Assembly: GCF_963506605.1 (NCBI RefSeq)
Contig: NC_083281.1
Coordinates: 44,268,001 to 44,332,000 of the forward strand
DNA length: 64,000 nucleotides
Source: Zootoca vivipara
Lineage: Eukaryota
Reading direction: 5' to 3'
Both the position numbers and the translations under genes were made by a program. Every line of letters begins with the position of its first letter. Within the stretch, counting starts at the first letter, position 1. Shown here in pieces: positions 11,046 to 23,933 of the stretch. The notes under the pieces were generated by a model that worked only from the letters and a program-made list of their open reading frames with translations, was not told the DNA's origin and ran no database searches.

Positions 11046-12244
11046 AGTACTTTCTATTTCCACATGGGTTCATGTGTGTGTTTTATTTTTAAAAGTCTTC
11101 ATGAACATTCATCAGCATTTTAGTGTGAACCTCTCCTAAGATTCACAGTTTTGTGTGCTGTTGTGCCTAGCATACACACATCTCTTACAAAGTGATTCCC
11201 CCTCATACAATGTACTTTTGGAAGTTATTTTCATGCATCTGTGCCTTTTAACACACGTTTTGTCCTACTACATACCTTTCCATACACATTCCCTGGCTGG
11301 AGAAACTACATTTGCAAAATTCAGAGAAGAGGTAATTTCAAAGAACAGCTGTGTTGCTGTCCACATATTTACTGAGAAGGTGGGAATTAGGGCAGTTCAT
11401 ACAAAGTAGATCAAATCTCTCTCCCCTCCCCATCAGGCTCCCCATCTTTTGTCCTGCAACCTCCAGATATTGTTCTCCAAAACCTTTCTCTGCCTCTGTT
11501 AGTCCTGAAGGACCTTTCCCTAAGTATGTCCAGGGATGGCAATACTGGGGTTCCCTGGAATTCTGTGCCTAGGTTTGGGGCACTTCACAAATACATGGGG
11601 GGGGAATCAATGCTCCCCCATGGCAAAAGCCCCACGGGATGCAAAATGGCATTAAGCCCCGGGGGAGCCATTTCCTTGCAACCGCAGCCACCCTGCCTTT
11701 CTGCCTTTCCCATTCTTCACCTTGGCAGCATTTGCATTCCAAAAGAGTTTGGCCCTGTGAGGGCCTGTCTGCAGGGTGAGTGATGCAAGCATCGGTTTTC
11801 TTCCTCCTCCCCACAGAATATAAATATAAGATAATTAACACAGAGAATGCTTAAGTGTCTAATCAATAGGAATACAAGGCATTTCCATATGTCAGGGCCT
11901 GCTGGATAGAGGCAGCCACAGGCAGTCCCTGGGAAAGGAGATTGCACTGCCAGGCCGTTTGGAAGGGATCGAAGGCTGCCATCTCAGTCACCGCCCCTTC
12001 CCCCCTTCCCCCCAAAATAGAGGCAGAGCTTTTGCAAAGCCGAGAATTCAGGCTCTGTTTAAGCTCCCCTCCCCCAGTCAGGGGCTGCCCTCTGGAAATT
12101 GCCACCCCCGGAGTCTCAGTCCCCAACTGACTGGCTTTGGGGAGGGGAGTGCTGGAGGCAGGCAGAGGCACCCACTCTGTGTCCCGCCCCCAGCAGCATC
12201 ACCAAAGGCAGAAGGAGCGCGGCATCCCAAGAACTGACCATGGC

Positions 12245-12650
12245 ATAAGAACAGAAGAGGAGCAGAAGAAGACCCCACCTGGTCTAGCATCTTGTTCTCA
12301 CAGTGGCCAACCAGATGTCTGCAGAAAGCCCACAATCAGGACCTGAGCACAAGAGCACTCTCCCTTCCCTTGGTTTCCAGCATCTGGTATTGAAAAGCAT
12401 TGCTGCCACCGACAGTACAGGCAACACATAGCCAACATGGCTAGTAGCCATCGATAGCCACTACCTGCTCCATGAATTTGTCTAATCATCACATAAAACT
12501 GTCTGGATTGGTGGCCATCGCTGCCTCTTGTGGGAGTGAGTTCCATAGTTTAACTCTGTGTTCTGTGACGAATCCTTCTTTTTATCTGTCCTGAATCTTC
12601 CAGCACACAGCTTCATTGGATGCCCATGAGTGCTAGTCTTATGAGAGGAG
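12245..12650 (-). mobile_element. CR1-type LINE 3' fragment
   Basis: CATAAGAACAGAAGAG tail, ...GTGAGTTCCATAGTTTAACT...TCTGTCCTGAATCTTCC. Homologous to 48465-48860. Confidence 0.75.
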
Positions 12651-13789
12651 GGGAGAGAGACGGCTTCCCTGGGCTGCTGTTCCCCATTCAAGCAGGAGTC
12701 AAAGAAGTCGGGGGATTCTCCATCTGCATCTTTTCTTTCCTTTGAAATCCAGCAAGTCCTCTTGGAGTGACACCAGCTGTTATGGCAATTCCACAAGGCA
12801 TCTGCTCATGATCTGACAGGTTCTCTGCTCAAGTGGTTTATTATGTAAATGTTGCTCACCATAAAAATCAATGCTGTGGGGTTTTTTTTTTTTGTTTCGT
12901 TTTGCTAAGTGGCCAATATTTATTTGGCTCAAGTGTTGTTTAATTTGATGCATTTATTAGGGGACAGTCAAATGCCCGAGCTGGTCCTTAAGCTGCTTCG
13001 TACTGTTCCCTCCATGCCTTGAAGCCTCCTGCGCTTTTGTCCCCGTGCATAACTCAAGGACGGGAGTAATTGATATGAAACTTTTAGAAATTAATTTTGC
13101 TGCATCTACCCCTAAGAGGGAGTGAGAGACTGTGGGATCATTTATAACATCACAGTTATTGGCCCTGACAAAACAATACCTTAGAAACGCAGCAAAGTAA
13201 ATTATGGCGCACGCAAATGGCTCGGGCCAGCCCAGGCCCTGAATTGGACGATGGCCAGGCAAGCAAAAACAAAGTAAATATGCTTTTGATATTAATAACA
13301 CAGACAATATTGATCCACCAGCCAGTGTCACTTGTCTGCTCCGCGAGGAGATTGCTTCAGGCATTTCCCCCCCCCCCCACCCTTGGGGAGCCTCCCTCCT
13401 TGCAAGCCATTTAATTCCGCCAGTCTCTAATTGCATCAGACAAACCCAAGTCAAAGGAAGGGACCCCTGCTTGCCAAGGTGGGCTGTTAGTCAGAAAGTT
13501 GTCAGAAACAAAGATAACTCAATTCCTGGGTCTCGGACGCCATTGTCTTTCTAAATGTTTATCAGATCAACATCTCCTTTGGCTCGGAGCCTGCTGTGAC
13601 TGGGGGGATGTGAACTCCAATTACAGTGCCGTAATTTTTAAAAGGGCCGGAGCAAATGCTTTTTGTATAATAAAGTAATAACTCCAAGAGTCCTGATCTT
13701 CCTCACTGAAGGTGGGCAATGGAGGGGAACAGAAGGGGGGGGGATCTTGGGTTTGGTCAGTCAACCAGCAACAAATCCACCCAACACTG

Positions 13790-14050
13790 TAACTTTTCCA
13801 GTCCACATTTTACTAGCTTCTCTGCAGGAATATTATGATGGGGGAGTTTGTAAAAAAAAAACACCTTACTGAAATCACGATACGCTAGGTCCACAGCTAT
13901 CTCCTGATCCACCAAGCTTGTAACTCTATCCCAAAAACAGAAAAGAAAAATGAGATTCACCTGGCATGACATGTTTTTGAGAAACCCATACTGGGTCTTA
14001 GTAATCACAACATCCTTTTCTAAGTGCTCACAGACTGGCTGTTCTAGAAC
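13790..14050 (-). mobile_element. CR1 reverse-transcriptase fragment
   Basis: ORF 13757-14086(-) contains VCEHLEKDVVITKTQYGFLKNMSCQVNLI..FWDRVTSLVDQEIAVDLAYRDFSK, the CR1 RT region. Confidence 0.85.
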
Positions 14051-17000
14051 CTTCCCTTCCCTGGTATTGATATAGCAGACACCCACAGTAAGGCCACTGT
14101 TGTTTCCCTATCCTACAATTTGTACATATATATTCAATCTGACTTCCATTCTTCAGGTCATGGATCTCTTCACAATTGTACACAAATTTACAAATAATGC
14201 TCCCCCTACTCATTTTCTATTTAGTCTATTCCTTTTGAACAGGTTATAACCCTTAATTTCTTTATTCCAGTCATGTGTCTCATCCCACCAGGTTTCAGTA
14301 ATGCTTATTACATCATGTTTGCCATCCTATATTAAGAGCTCAGATTTGTCTTGCTTGTCTTCCATACTCTGTGTATTAGTACAGAGACAACTGAAACCGT
14401 GAGTCATTCCCTCTAGCTTCGTCCCCCTTGTAGTTTCCTGTCCTTTAGCAAGTTTCTGGAGCACCATATCACTTTCCTGTACATCAATGAAGCTATTGTC
14501 CCGACGACCAGGTATTCCTCTGTTACAGTATCTGTAATATTGTCTCCCTCACCCTCAGGATTTAGCTTAAAGCTCTTCTGATCAGGTTCACAAGACTCTT
14601 AGCCAACACATTTTTGCCAACTACACTGAGATGCAACCCATTGCTTGCCAGAAATCCTTCCTCGAGGAATACGGTATCACCATAGATTTGTAGGATGGCA
14701 TTAGGATATTACCTTCTAGTGGTTTCATTGCTCAATTCAGGAGCAAACCATTTCCTTGTTGAATTTTACATGATCCTTGACACAATTCTGTCGTTGTTGT
14801 ATTTCCTAGAAATGGCCCTGAAGCAAACCTCCGCAGTCTGAGATGAAACTTCAGGTCTCCTTGTCTTTATGCCAATATCTTTTATGTATAAATAGGTGCC
14901 TTTGCTTCATTTCTAGACTCAGCCCTCAGCTGCATGCTCCATGCACAACTGCCTGGCTTTGCCTACTGAAGCACACTTTAAACAATGATCAAATACATTT
15001 TTCAGGCTTATTTTCAACTTTCACTATTGTGAAGAAGATGGTGCAGGCATTTCAGTAAAAGCTCTTGTGATCTTCTCCATTGCAGGCCCCCCCCCAAACA
15101 ATACTTTCCTTCCAGAATTCAGTAGCGTAACAACTTTTCTGCTATGAAAAGACATTTGAAAGACTGGATACACTTTGATTTTGATGTAGAAATGGTAGTT
15201 CCATTTCTTAAAAACAAAGTTTGCAGAAGGCTGGCTTTCAATTATCCAAGTGATTAAAAGACAAAGGACAATCCAATCCAACCCTTTCCTGCATTTTAAT
15301 TTGGTGGTCTGCTCTGGGTCTGAATGTACACTTTAGCAACCCCTGGGGTAGGTGATAAAAGACCACAGACTCAAGACTGTAGTTGAAATGAATCAATCAG
15401 TTTATTAATACACAGTGCTTCATTCAGAGATTAATTTACCCTCTGCCCGCAATCAACAACGGCCCTCTTTACTTGCACTTGTTCTAACTTTTGGATTAAA
15501 AAGAACAAAGAGTTAACTTGCTTTGGGCATTAAATATTTACATATAAATGTTACGAAGGTGTGTGTAAATTATAAATAATGTAAGGCGGGACTTTGTGGT
15601 TAGAGCTAAGAGACCCAAATTGTATCATCATAATACATTATTCACAAATGATGCATCTATTCTCCTCCATTAGCGCGACTAGAAAAAGCCCTTGAGTGCT
15701 TAACTTGGATTTGGAGGTGGGTAATAAATGCGAGATAAACAAATAGCAGTGGGGGAGGAAGCTGTAGTTAAACAAGCGCAAATTGGTGCGACTCCGACTA
15801 ATTTTGCCAAACCACACCTTGCCCAGGAAACACACAGCGAGGGCTCTGCAGGCAAGAGACATGGCAATAAATCCAAATTACCTGAATTAATTTAACCCAG
15901 AAGAAGCGCCCATCAAAAGTGTCAGTCTCACAATGAGAGGTGGTTAGATTAAAATTACATCAGGACATCTCTGGATGTCCGTGCTGTGCTAGCGACAGAG
16001 CGGATGCCATTGGGATTCCAGGTGATGCCTCTTCACAGCCACTCAGTAGTGATGATTATTGCTCAGGTACTTAAGATGGTGTGTGTGTGTGTGTGCACGC
16101 GCGCATCTGGGCCTTGCACAGATTCTTCTTTGAAGCTAGCAGTTCTGAGACCAGCTGGTGATTTCCACAACTCTTTCTTGGACTGGAAGCACAGGCATAG
16201 AATAAATATATTTTTCTACAGGATTTAAATTGCGTGCTCAAAGGAGGGGGGGGTGCCTGTGGCAGGAGAAAGAAGGGGTTGATGTGCATGTAGGGAGTGG
16301 AACAGCACCAGCAACATAAATGTATCTTATGCACCTAGTTGTTTGGCATGTGAGTGGGGCAGAAATCTTGCATTCGTTGCTTGTGCGGTGCGGTTCAGGG
16401 GGGGGGGGTACGGCTTGCAAATCTTACCGCTGTGGTTCATTTGCCTGAGGTGTGGGTCCAGCTGCTGTTCTGGCTGGAGTGCCCCAAAGGAGACCTCCAA
16501 GAGTCAAGGAGAGCTGCAAAAATGCCACCGGAGGCAGCAGCTAAGAGTTTGCCCAGTTCCGACACTAAAAGTCACAAGGCGAAATATGTAGCTGTTTTGA
16601 CTGGAATGGCTGTGTGGGCATGAAGCACAGCAGGAGAAGGACTTGAATATCCAGCAGGACTAGCAAAGAACACGGGACAGACAAGAACAAGGTGATAACA
16701 TTCTTGCAATATCCCTCCCACAAAGCACTTTGAAAAGCCCTGGTAGCTACACTGGGTTTATGTATTTTTATTGTAAACCACTTTGAGATCTTTTATGAAA
16801 GGTAAATAAATATTTTATATATATAAATAGATACATGATTTCCTTAAGAAGCCCACTTTGTACCTGGGAAATTGTTAACAGCTCTCTCCCAGTTGCAAAT
16901 ATATCCCCTTTGGCGGCAAGGTGCTGGCTTTGCAAGTTCAGGCATGGCTAGGTGAATCATTTCCAGCAAGGTTATCTGTTGGGGTTTGGCACTTAAGCCA

Positions 17001-17275
17001 TCTTGGTTGCCCTGAGGGATGATCAGAGAAGAGATGGGGAGTGTGATCCTGTTGGTTCTCATGGACCATGGCATGCTGCTGGACTGACTCCATGGGCTGG
17101 AAGTTCAGGAGGTCATGCAGTGCCCTCTTTGCTACTGGCAGGATGGATTTCAGAAGGGAGCACTGATAGCTCCTGCTTGGCTCCACAGCAAGTGTGTTGT
17201 GGAGCATCATAAAGTTTTGTCTTGCCCCCTCAATGTTCTTTAATGGTGTTAGAGATTTGGGGTGAACCCTAGAAC

Positions 17276-17778
17276 CAGGGGCGGAGCAACAGGGGGCAGG
17301 GGGGCGGTACACCCCGGGCACCGCCCTGGAGGGGGTGTCTCTCGGAGCCACGCCCCCACCCCACGATCAACGCCTCCGAAGCTGCGCGCCTCACTCCAGC
17401 TACAAACTCCAGGTAAAACGCCCGCTCAGCACAGTGGGTGCGCTACACTGAGTGGGCTTTTTACTTGGAGTTTTGTAGCTGGAAGCATGTGGCTTTGGAG
17501 GCGGGGGGGCAGCAGCAATACCCTGCCACATAATGATGTACACGCTCAGCGCGGCGGGTGTGGGCTTTTTGCCTGGAGTTTGTAGCTGGAGCAAGGCGCG
17601 CGGCTTTGGAGGCGTGGGGCGGCGGCGATACACCACCATGTAACGGCGCATGCGTAGTTACGTAACACGCACACGTCATTACATAGCAACGCATGTGTCG
17701 TTACGTAGTGATGCTGCGCCCACCCGCGTGCATGGCAATTTGCCGCCCCGGATATCGCGGCGCCTCGCTACGCCCCTG
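17276..17778. mobile_element. CpG-rich hAT (Tip100-like) non-autonomous element
   Basis: TIR CAGGGGCGGAGC / GCTACGCCCCTG, TSD CCTAGAAC/CCTAGGAC (7/8) and internal inverted and direct repeats. Confidence 0.85.
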
Positions 17779-17786
17779 CCTAGGAC

Positions 17787-18320
17787 TTAATAAATGCCAG
17801 TGCTTTGATTAATTGGGGAATGGATTAAGACATAAACTGCAGGGCTGTGCCAGACTGGGAATTCCTGGGTTGGGTTATGCAAACCAGCCTGGTCAAGCAA
17901 AGGGAACAATAGAGAGCAATGGAGGGCCCATTGAAGGTCATTGCCAATGCAAGAGAACTGCCCTGAGGTGTGAACAGGGACAAGGGTTTGAAAGGTTGCC
18001 AGGGTAACTGCTCTGGGGGAGGGCAAGGTGCTTCTGGGAAGAAGAAAGAGAAAGAGGAAGAAGGGGGAGATCCATCTTGGTAAGGTAGAAGGAAGGACTG
18101 CCTAAAGTGCTTTGGGCCATGCTGTAAGATCTGGACTCCCTCCAGATCAGCAAATAAACCTTATTCCTTAAAACACAACAGCCTCCGTTGTGTCTTCTAT
18201 GTCTTCTAAAGGTACACAGACCTTCAGGTGTGGGCACCTGAAATCCCATGCACTCTTGCCATGGCTTGGCAGAGAGAGGGACAGGCGCCAGAGAGGGACA
18301 GGCGCCGGGATTTTGTAACA
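17787..18320 (+). mobile_element. Possible LTR remnant (host of the 17276 hAT)
   Basis: AATAAA near 18153 followed by a U5-like stretch ending TGTAACA. No convincing TSD. Confidence 0.3.
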
Positions 18321-18399
18321 ATACCTTTATGACACTGCCAGGAGAAGCCATTAGAGGGTTTAAAGTGAGGTTTGTTTGTTTATTGAGTTGCTACCGGCA

Positions 18400-18540
18400 T
18401 ACATGTTTCTCTCACTCCTCATTAAATCCCCACAATGAGCCTGTGAGGTAGGTTAGGCTGAGAGGCAGTAACTGGCCCCCAAGGTCACTCAGTGAGCTTC
18501 ATGGTTGGGTGGGGGTTTGAATCCTGGTCTCCCAGGTCTT
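18400..18540 (-). mobile_element. Old tRNA-derived SINE fragment
   Basis: Reverse homology to 10553-10777 (CCCCACAA..AGCCTGTGAGGTAGGTTAGGCTGAGAGGCAGT...AAGGTCACTCAGTGAGCTTCATGG). Confidence 0.65.
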
Positions 18541-19561
18541 AGTTGCCTGTTCAATAATCACCAGTTCAATTGGCAAATCCCAAGAGGTGTGGCCATACAT
18601 ACAATCAGGAGCTTAGCTCTTTTCCCACTGGGGAGCACCAGGGTGGTGTGGGGCAGGGCAGGGCAGGGCAGCCACATACCTTTCAGTGTATATAAAAGAG
18701 GGCAAAGTTTTGTGTTGGCTTCTTTCCCCTCAGAATATGGAAGAGGGGGTGAAGGAGGAGGAAGCTACTGGAGAAAGGGGGTTAAAACCACCCAGCAGGT
18801 ACCTCTGCCATACCACACAGATCTGTTTCAGAACAGATCAGGATATCATTTAACTCAATGATTACAAGTCCATGAACATCAGCAGAAGGAGGAGGAGGAA
18901 GAGGGTGTCAGGAATTCCCTCTCTCAACCATCCAGTGAGAGATAAGCATCAGCGTTTGATTAACTGGGGCTTGAGGGGTGATTTATCAGCTTTCAAGCAA
19001 TTTACAGGTGTGGAACATGGCTGTGTTTGATGAGGCTCACCTGGTCCCTGGAGTGGTTCTGCCAGGTGTCTCTCCCTCTGCCTTGAGTCAGGCTGATTCC
19101 TGCTCAGACTGGATTGAGTTCTCCATTCATTCCCCTTCTCTCCTGCCCCACAAGCAAAATAAATTAGCAAATGAAACACCTTTTCCCCTTCTAGTTTGTA
19201 CTTCTACCCCCCCCCCCGGTTGTGGCCATCATTGAACAGCAGCTGTGCTGACATGAACACAATCTTAGACCCATCTCACTTTTTGTGTTTATTTAAATGA
19301 CTTATATGCTGACACCCCCACTTTCAAGGCAGCTTACCAAAAAGAAAAAAGAAAAAAAACCTTCATACAAATAGCAGAAGCTTCCAAATAATTTACAGAG
19401 CACAGGGCTGGCCCATCCTTCCAGAGGGCTTTGGCGTGGCCTAGCTGACAGCCCCATTGTTGCTGATGCTGCCACCATTATGCTTCCCACTGCTACTGGA
19501 CCCCCCTCTCCTTCACCCCTCCCCCTTGCTCTTCTGTGCTACCACCCCTGTGGTGGTGGAC

Positions 19562-19774
19562 TAGGGTTGCCAGACTCAATAGAGGACAGGACTTCTGTGC
19601 TTTTAATTGCCTTGCTCTCTTGAGTCTGGAAACCTTAAAGAGAAACCAGCAGACCCTTTGCTTGGAAATTAAACAAAGGGTCTGCTGGTTTCTCTTTAAG
19701 GTTCCCAGACTCAAAAGAGAGCAGGGCAATTAAAGGCACAGAAGTCCTGTCCTCTATTGAGTCTGGCAACCCTA
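19562..19774. mobile_element. Palindromic hAT MITE (213 bp)
   Basis: TIR TAGGGTTGCCAGACTCAATAGAGGACAGGACTTCTGTGC. The whole element is a near-perfect hairpin. Perfect 8-bp TSD TGGTGGAC. Confidence 0.92.
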
Positions 19775-19805
19775 TGGTGGACTCTTCTTCACTGAAGGTC
19801 TAGAT

Positions 19806-19941
19806 CAGGCATCCCCAAACTTCGGCCCTCCAGATATTTTGGACTACCATTCCCATCTTCCCTGACCACTGGTCCTGTTAGCTAGAGATCATGGGAGTTG
19901 CAGGCCAAAACATCTGGAGGGTCGCAGTTTGGGGGTGCCTG
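19806..19941. mobile_element. hAT-Charlie MITE (same family as 10895)
   Basis: TIR CAGGCATCCCCAAAC and perfect TSD GTCTAGAT (19798-19805, 19942-19949). Sits in a CR1 3' remnant. Confidence 0.92.
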
Positions 19942-20399
19942 GTCTAGATGGCCACCTGTCAGGGATTGTTTCGCTGTGATTCCTCCATTGCAGGGGGTGG
20001 ATTAGATGACCTTTTTAGCCCTACCCAAGTTCTTAGGGCTCTCTGCTTCTTAGTCATTCTCAGCCTGGTTAACATAAGTGTTGATCTGGTAGATCAAATC
20101 CACATGACTCTCTGGGAAGTGGCTGCCATTCTTTTCTTTCTCCCATTTCTTTCTTTCCTGTTCTTTTAATGCACATGGTGGATTTGTAAGTTTCAGCAAC
20201 ATGTCATGCTGTTGCCCCTAACACTAAGTGGAAAAATGCAGAGAGTTCTGCCCTGTAGCCCAGAAACTTAGACTGGCCTCTACCCCAGCAGAAATTCCAA
20301 GTGCCTACAAAAGTAAGTGAAATAAGTTTGGGGAGAAATCGGTTTTAAGAAATGAGCCATTCATCCAATGAGATATGGCAATGAGAAAGCAGGGTGGGG

Positions 20400-21010
20400 G
20401 GAAGAGTTCAGATCAAGAACTGCACAGCTGCAGATCATCAGCATAAAGATGGCATTGAAAATGAAATGAATGAATAATGGGGCAAAAGTGAGGGGATAGG
20501 AAGAGCAATCCTTTTTCAGAAACTCCTACAGAAAATGGGAAAGTTGAAGAAATGGGACCATTGAAAGAGACTTCAGGGTAATGAGAAAGTTATAATGGAA
20601 AGCATGATGAAACCTTATGCAGAAAACCACAATAATGAAGAGAAGAAAGGCAAAGGGAGTGGACAGCTGTGTCAAAGGCCAAAGAAACATCCAGAAGGAT
20701 GGAAAACAAACCCTTCGGTTTTGCTGCAAGAAGCCAATTGGAAGGGCGAGTTGGAGCATGTCTCAGTCGAATGGAAAGAGAGCAAAACCTCTACAACTCA
20801 GGTTCAAGAAGGGAATTGGTAGAAACGAAAGGAAAAATAAAGAGACAGAAAATATTCTAGAGTCCTCTGGAAATGATATGTAAAAATGGAGGATCAGAGT
20901 GGTTTTTTTTAAAAAATATAAGAGGGCAGACTTCACAGTGCAAAAGAACCAGGAGACAAAGTAAATAAAAAATAAAGAAGGAAATATTTATTGGGTAATG
21001 AATTCCAAAG
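20400..21010 (+). mobile_element. Possible decayed L1 ORF1-type remnant
   Basis: Long purine/A-rich stretch with broken K/E-rich frames. No diagnostic motif secured. Confidence 0.25.
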
Positions 21011-21832
21011 GAGGAGGAACTGGATTGAGAAGACAGACAGTAACATAAGAAGAGAAGGAGAGAGGGCAGACCTTGTAGAGTCATCCTAGAACAACAAGGG
21101 AAGAAGCTTCTGTCCCGGGCCCAGCTTCAAACAGGGAACCTGGCACAGATAGAGAAGGAGGCAGCCTGAGCTGTGGCACAGGAGACTAAGGAACTTTGGG
21201 GTCTTCTCTCCCATAGCCCCTAAAGTGTGACCTTCAACTGTCAGAGTCCCCCGAAGAGCTGGAAATCTGCTGAGGAGCCCCTTCCCTGTCCCCTAGGACC
21301 TCCTGATCTCTACCTGGTTGGGAGCTGTCCAAGGTACTGCCACTCCAGGCGTAAGAACACAAGAAGAGCCCCGCTGCCTCAGGCTACAGGGGGCCCATCT
21401 AGTCTAGCATCCTGTTCTCACAGTGACTGACCAGATGCCTATGAGAAGGCTGCAAGCAGGACTCAAGCACAAGAGCACTTTCCCCACTTGTGATTCCCAG
21501 CAACTGGGACAGTGGAGATAGAACATAGCCATTGTGGCCAGTAGCCATTGATAGCTTTAAAAGAGGATTAGACTAGTTGATGGAGGCTATCTAAGTTGGT
21601 GGCCGTCACAACTTTATTGTAAGAACAAATTCCAAAGTTTAACTAAGCACTGTGTGGAAAAGTGCTTTATTTTATCTGTCCTGAATCTTCCAAAATGCAG
21701 CTCCGCTGGATGGCCCCGAGTTCTAGTGTTATGAAAGACGGAGAAAAAATACTTCTCTATCCACTTTATCTCTGCCATGCATCATTTTATTCACCTCCAT
21801 CATATCTCCTTTTCCTTACCTTTTATCTAAAC

Positions 21833-22161
21833 CAGGCATGTCCAACAGGTAGATCGTGATCTACCGGTAGATCACTGGACGTCTGTGGTAGATCACTGAT
21901 AGATCCCTGGCTCCCCACAAAGAAGCTCAACAACTTTTGTCTCCCCATAATAAAAGCTCCACATTTTTGCCCTGCACCCCTAAAAACGGTCCTTCCTCCT
22001 CCCTAGAAAAGTTCAACAACATTGACTTGAACCCCCCCCAAACAGGGCTTTCCTTCCTAAAAAAGTTCAACTTTAACCTGAACCCCCCAAAAGTGGGTAG
22101 ATCACTGCTAGTTTTTAACTCTGTTAGTAGATCGCAGTCTATTGGGAGTTGGCCACCCCTG
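21833..22161. mobile_element. hAT-Charlie MITE with GTAGATC subterminal repeats
   Basis: TIR CAGGCATGTCCAAC / GTTGGCCACCCCTG and perfect TSD ATCTAAAC (21825-21832, 22162-22169). Related copy at 38501 in the opposite orientation. Confidence 0.9.
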
Positions 22162-22200
22162 ATCTAAACCAAAAAGCCCCAAATATTGCTTTCTCTGGCC

Positions 22201-22338
22201 CAGGTGTGGGGAACCTTTGGTTTTGCAGATGCTTCTGAGCTACAACTCACGACAACCCCAGCCAATGCGGTCAATGGCCAGGGATGGTGGGAGCCATCAT
22301 TCAGCAACATCTGGAGGACCAGGGGTTCCGTACACATG
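22201..22338. mobile_element. Old hAT-Charlie MITE
   Basis: CAGGTGTGGGGAACC ... GGTTCCGTACACATG, degenerate TSD CTCTGGCC/GTCTAGCC and the same internal plan as 10895. Confidence 0.65.
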
Positions 22339-22616
22339 GTCTAGCCCCTTGATCATTTGGATCCCCATTTTATGAACTCTTTTTGAGGCGAGGCAACTAG
22401 AACTGGCCACAGTATTTCAAATGTGATTGCACCATCAATTTATATAATGGTATTATGATACTGGACATTTTATTCCAGTTCCTTTCCTAAGTATCCCTAC
22501 TGCCATGATTCCCTCTAAGTACTCTGATTTAGACTAGGAGTGGGAGGTACTCTGAAGGGGAGGGAGCAGGAATGAGACAACAGAGGAGAGACCTCTTGTT
22601 GACTACCCTCCCACCT

Positions 22617-22780
22617 TATGGAATCATGGAATTGTGGAGTTGGAAGGGGCCCCAAGGGCCATCTAGTACAACCCCCTGCAATGCAGGAACCACAGCTAAA
22701 GAATCACTGGCAGGTGGCCATCCAACCTCTGCTTAAAAACCTCCAGTGAAGGAGACTCCACCACCTTCCAATGTAGTTCA
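22617..22780 (-). mobile_element. CR1 3' end
   Basis: ATGGAATCATGGAATTG..GAGTTGGAAGGGG...CATCTAGTACAACCCCCTGCAATGCAGGAA...CCAACCTCTGCTTAAAAACCTCC. Confidence 0.8.
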
Positions 22781-23870
22781 TTCCCCTTAATACTTATTCC
22801 TTGTAGGTACCGCTGCAAATACTAAAGGTAAGTAAATCCCATCTTTCCCAATCAAGAGATATATCTGTCATCAATCTATGTCAATTCACTTTAATCATTT
22901 GAGAAATGTTTCTAGGAACCAAAATGCCTAAACATTTTATAACCTCTGGGCACCAACAAAATTGGCCACTTTCCAGTCCTGAGGCACAGAGGCTGATCTT
23001 AAGGGAAAGTTGCATATTTTTGTAAGAAGATCAGCAATTTCGCATCTGAGTTCTTTCCAAATTATCAAGTGGACCCAGTGATTTGTCAGTTTTTCTTTTG
23101 TCAATAAGACCTGGAACTTCCTCTCTCATCACCATGATTTGCCTCTGTTCCTCAGACTCTTCCTGCGAAAATGAGTTCAGCCACAAGGATCTGTGCTACG
23201 TCTCCCACTAGGAAGGCTTATGCATAGAATTCATCCAGCTTCTCTGCAGTCTCCTTAGCTTTTCTTAGCAATCTTTGATTTCCTTGTTCAAAGTGCCAAC
23301 CATCTCCCTGGCCAGCCAGTCTCCTGCTACAAATTAAGATAAAGAAAAACTTGTTGATAGTCTTTGTTTTAGCAATGTGCTCCTTAAATTCTTTTTTAAA
23401 GCATCCCTTATTGTCTGCTTGCACTTCTTTTGCCAAAGTTTGTCACTTATGCATCAATTTTATTCTTCTTTCTGTATATTCACAGCAGCCGTGTGAGGTA
23501 GGAACAATGATGACTTTAAAACATTGAACTGCTTGGGATGGTTTTGCTGACATTGCTCCATATGGGCAAACTGGATTGTATTTGTCTTTTGCCTTAAAGA
23601 TCAGGAGTGACAGGAGCAATCTAAACATGGAGAGAGAGCAAGGAGGCATGCAGAGGCCTAGCTCTGAGGGTGTCTTTTAGATTGGTGCTCATTCTCACTT
23701 TTTAAAATTTAAAAAGATATGATCATGTTGCCCCAATGTTACTTTTGTTTTCTTTTTCCCTGTAACTTTTTTGTTTCTGTTTTTGCATACCGGTAGTTTA
23801 ATATTGGCATTGGGGTAGAGCAGGGTTCTAGTGCCTTTAATGACTGCGAAAGGCAAAAAAAGAGACCAAC

Positions 23871-23933
23871 TCTTAGAGACCAACTAAGTTTGTCATTGGT
23901 ATGAGCTTTCGTGTGCATGCACACTTCTTCAGA
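23871..23933 (-). mobile_element. Short Penelope-like fragment with hammerhead core (stem I truncated)
   Basis: CTTAGAGACCAACTAAGTTTGTCATTGGTATGAGCTTTCGTGTGCATGCACACTTCTTCAGA. Confidence 0.75.

Larger units (their letters stand above)
21350..22500 (-). mobile_element. CR1-type LINE fragment interrupted by two hAT MITEs
   Basis: TAAGAACACAAGAAGAGCC tail, CCCATCTAGTCTAGCATCCTGTTCTCACAGTG. Continues after the MITEs as CCCCTTGATCATTT...GAACTGGCCACAGTATTTCAAATG. Confidence 0.7.

Noticed and set aside
18273-18306. 17-bp tandem duplication AGAGAGGGACAGGCGCC
   Set aside because: Ordinary slippage duplication with no further structure.
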